Shown here: in pieces, positions 32,096 through 33,088 of the stretch
How positions within the stretch are numbered: the first letter of the stretch is position 1
How the letters are laid out: every line of letters begins with the position of its first letter
NCBI GenBank assembly: GCA_964609605.1
Contig: CAZSSR010000001.1
Coordinates: forward strand, 1-33,088
Origin: an uncultured Bacillaceae bacterium
Lineage (GTDB): Bacteria > Bacillota > Bacilli > Tepidibacillales > Tepidibacillaceae
DNA length: 33,088 nt
Reading direction: 5' to 3'
Notes under the pieces: generated by a model
Seen by the model: the letters and a program-made list of their open reading frames with translations, nothing else
What the model was told of the DNA's origin: nothing
Database searches by the model: none
Program-made: the position numbers and the translations under genes

Positions 32096-32222
32096 TTATC
32101 TTTAAAGTTTAATTTAAAGATTCACAAAGTTGCTTGATACTTGCTATTTGTTTCTATTACCCGTATCTTGTGGTAAAATAAGTTAAGATTTATTAGATTT
32201 GAAATCTTAGGGAGATGAAAAG

Positions 32223-32645
32223 ATGTTAGACATTACTGAAATTAAAAATGTGATACCACATAGATATCCTTTTTTATTAGTTGATAAAATTATTGAACTT
32301 GAAGAAGGAGTAAAAGCTGTTGGGATTAAAAACGTTACAGTAAACGAACCGTTTTTTCAGGGGCATTTCCCTGACTACCCTGTAATGCCTGGAGTGTTAA
32401 TCGTTGAAGCATTGGCTCAGGTTGGAGCAGTTGCCATGCTAGTAAAAGATGAAAACAAAGGGAAACTAGCTTTTTTTACAGGCATAGATAATTTCCGATT
32501 TAAAGAACAAGTAAAGCCTGGCGACACCATACATCTGACTGTGGAAGTGATAAAGGTTAAGGGACCGATTGGTAAGGGAAAAGCTACAGCTAGGGTTAAT
32601 GATAAAATAGTAGCTGGTGGAGAAATTATGTTTGCCATAAAGTAA
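32223..32645 (+). CDS. fabZ: 3-hydroxyacyl-ACP dehydratase FabZ
   Basis: 140 aa. Motifs: [36 protein letters not shown] (catalytic His/Glu context). SD GGGAG. Confidence 0.96.
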   Translation: MLDITEIKNVIPHRYPFLLVDKIIELEEGVKAVGIKNVTVNEPFFQGHFPDYPVMPGVLIVEALAQVGAVAMLVKDENKGKLAFFTGIDNFRFKEQVKPGDTIHLTVEVIKVKGPIGKGKATARVNDKIVAGGEIMFAIK

Positions 32646-32651
32646 TATAAG

Positions 32652-32678
32652 AAAAGAGTCACAAAGCATGACTCTTTT
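32652..32678. terminator. Bidirectional terminator between fabZ and the convergent ORF
   Basis: AAAAGAGTCA (32652-32661), loop CAAAGCA, TGACTCTTTT (32669-32678). It has an A-run on one side and a T-run on the other, and sits between two convergent stops (32645 and 32690). Confidence 0.7.
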
Positions 32679-32689
32679 AATGTAGTAAG

Positions 32690-33088
32690 CTATCTATATT
32701 GTAGAATATCATAAGGGATTTCAGGATTATTTTCTGGGAAATCTTCATTTTCGCTAAAATAAGTATCAAGATTATATTCATATATTTCATGCGTTTCTGT
32801 ATTTTCTATTAAGTATAATGAATAGATTCTTCTTGGCAACATTGTATCAGGATAGACTAGCATCTTTATGGTACCTTCATTAATTTTATAGGGGAAATCA
32901 AGACCGTCCGATTCTAAAATATTAGAAAAGCTTTTTGTTAGGTAATCAGGATCTACGGAAAAGAAGAAAACAACGAATTTTCCGCGATTATCTGAATCAA
33001 ATAGTGTAGCATAGCGGTTTAATAATTCGGCATTAAGCGGTAAAAGCTCTAGCAGATCGAATTTCTCTTTTTGCTGAGCGGACCAAAC
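32690..33088 (-). CDS. Hypothetical protein, C-terminal 132 aa; 5' end lies outside the window
   Basis: Not in the ORF track because no start codon lies in the window. The reverse frame is open from 33088 to the TAG at 32692-32690: VWSAQQKEKFDLLELLPLNAELLNRYATLFDSDNRGKFVVFFFSVDPDYLTKSFSNILESDGLDFPYKINEGTIKMLVYPDTMLPRRIYSLYLIENTETHEIYEYNLDTYFSENEDFPENNPEIPYDILQYR. I recognise no family. Confidence 0.6.
   Translation of the reverse strand, partial: VWSAQQKEKFDLLELLPLNAELLNRYATLFDSDNRGKFVVFFFSVDPDYLTKSFSNILESDGLDFPYKINEGTIKMLVYPDTMLPRRIYSLYLIENTETHEIYEYNLDTYFSENEDFPENNPEIPYDILQYR

Overview
AT-rich, Bacillaceae-type chromosomal backbone. All complete genes are on the + strand; one truncated convergent ORF sits at the 3' edge. 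Order: 3' part of a UDP-GlcNAc 2-epimerase gene; a complete F1Fo ATP synthase operon (atpZ-like, atpI, atpBEFHAGDC); an 11-gene NADH:quinone oxidoreductase operon (nuoABCDHIJKLMN, with no nuoEFG); two secreted proteases (S41 Ctp-type, and S8 subtilase with PPC-like repeats and SLH anchors) followed by a translationally coupled DUF1146/YwzB-like gene; murA; a lipoprotein RND adaptor plus an RND permease; mbl-flhO-flhP plus an EpuA-like small membrane protein; fabZ. I saw no rRNA, tRNA, CRISPR array, transposase, integrase or phage-type gene, so most of the window is ordinary housekeeping DNA with Bacillus cereus/subtilis-like synteny. I cannot point to a convincing new multi-gene system. The most unusual items are: (1) an RND adaptor with a very long helical region containing two copies of the hairpin-tip motif, in an apparent monoderm, sitting where B. 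subtilis carries sporulation genes; (2) the protease pair inserted between nuoN and ywzB; (3) an acidic insertion with a tandem 11-codon repeat in ATP synthase subunit a; (4) candidate cis-regulatory structures (atpE/atpF alternative hairpins, a 10-bp perfect inverted repeat upstream of nuoA, and a murA terminator abutting the adaptor gene). All family and domain calls rest on motifs read by eye and on remembered homologues. None was confirmed by a search.
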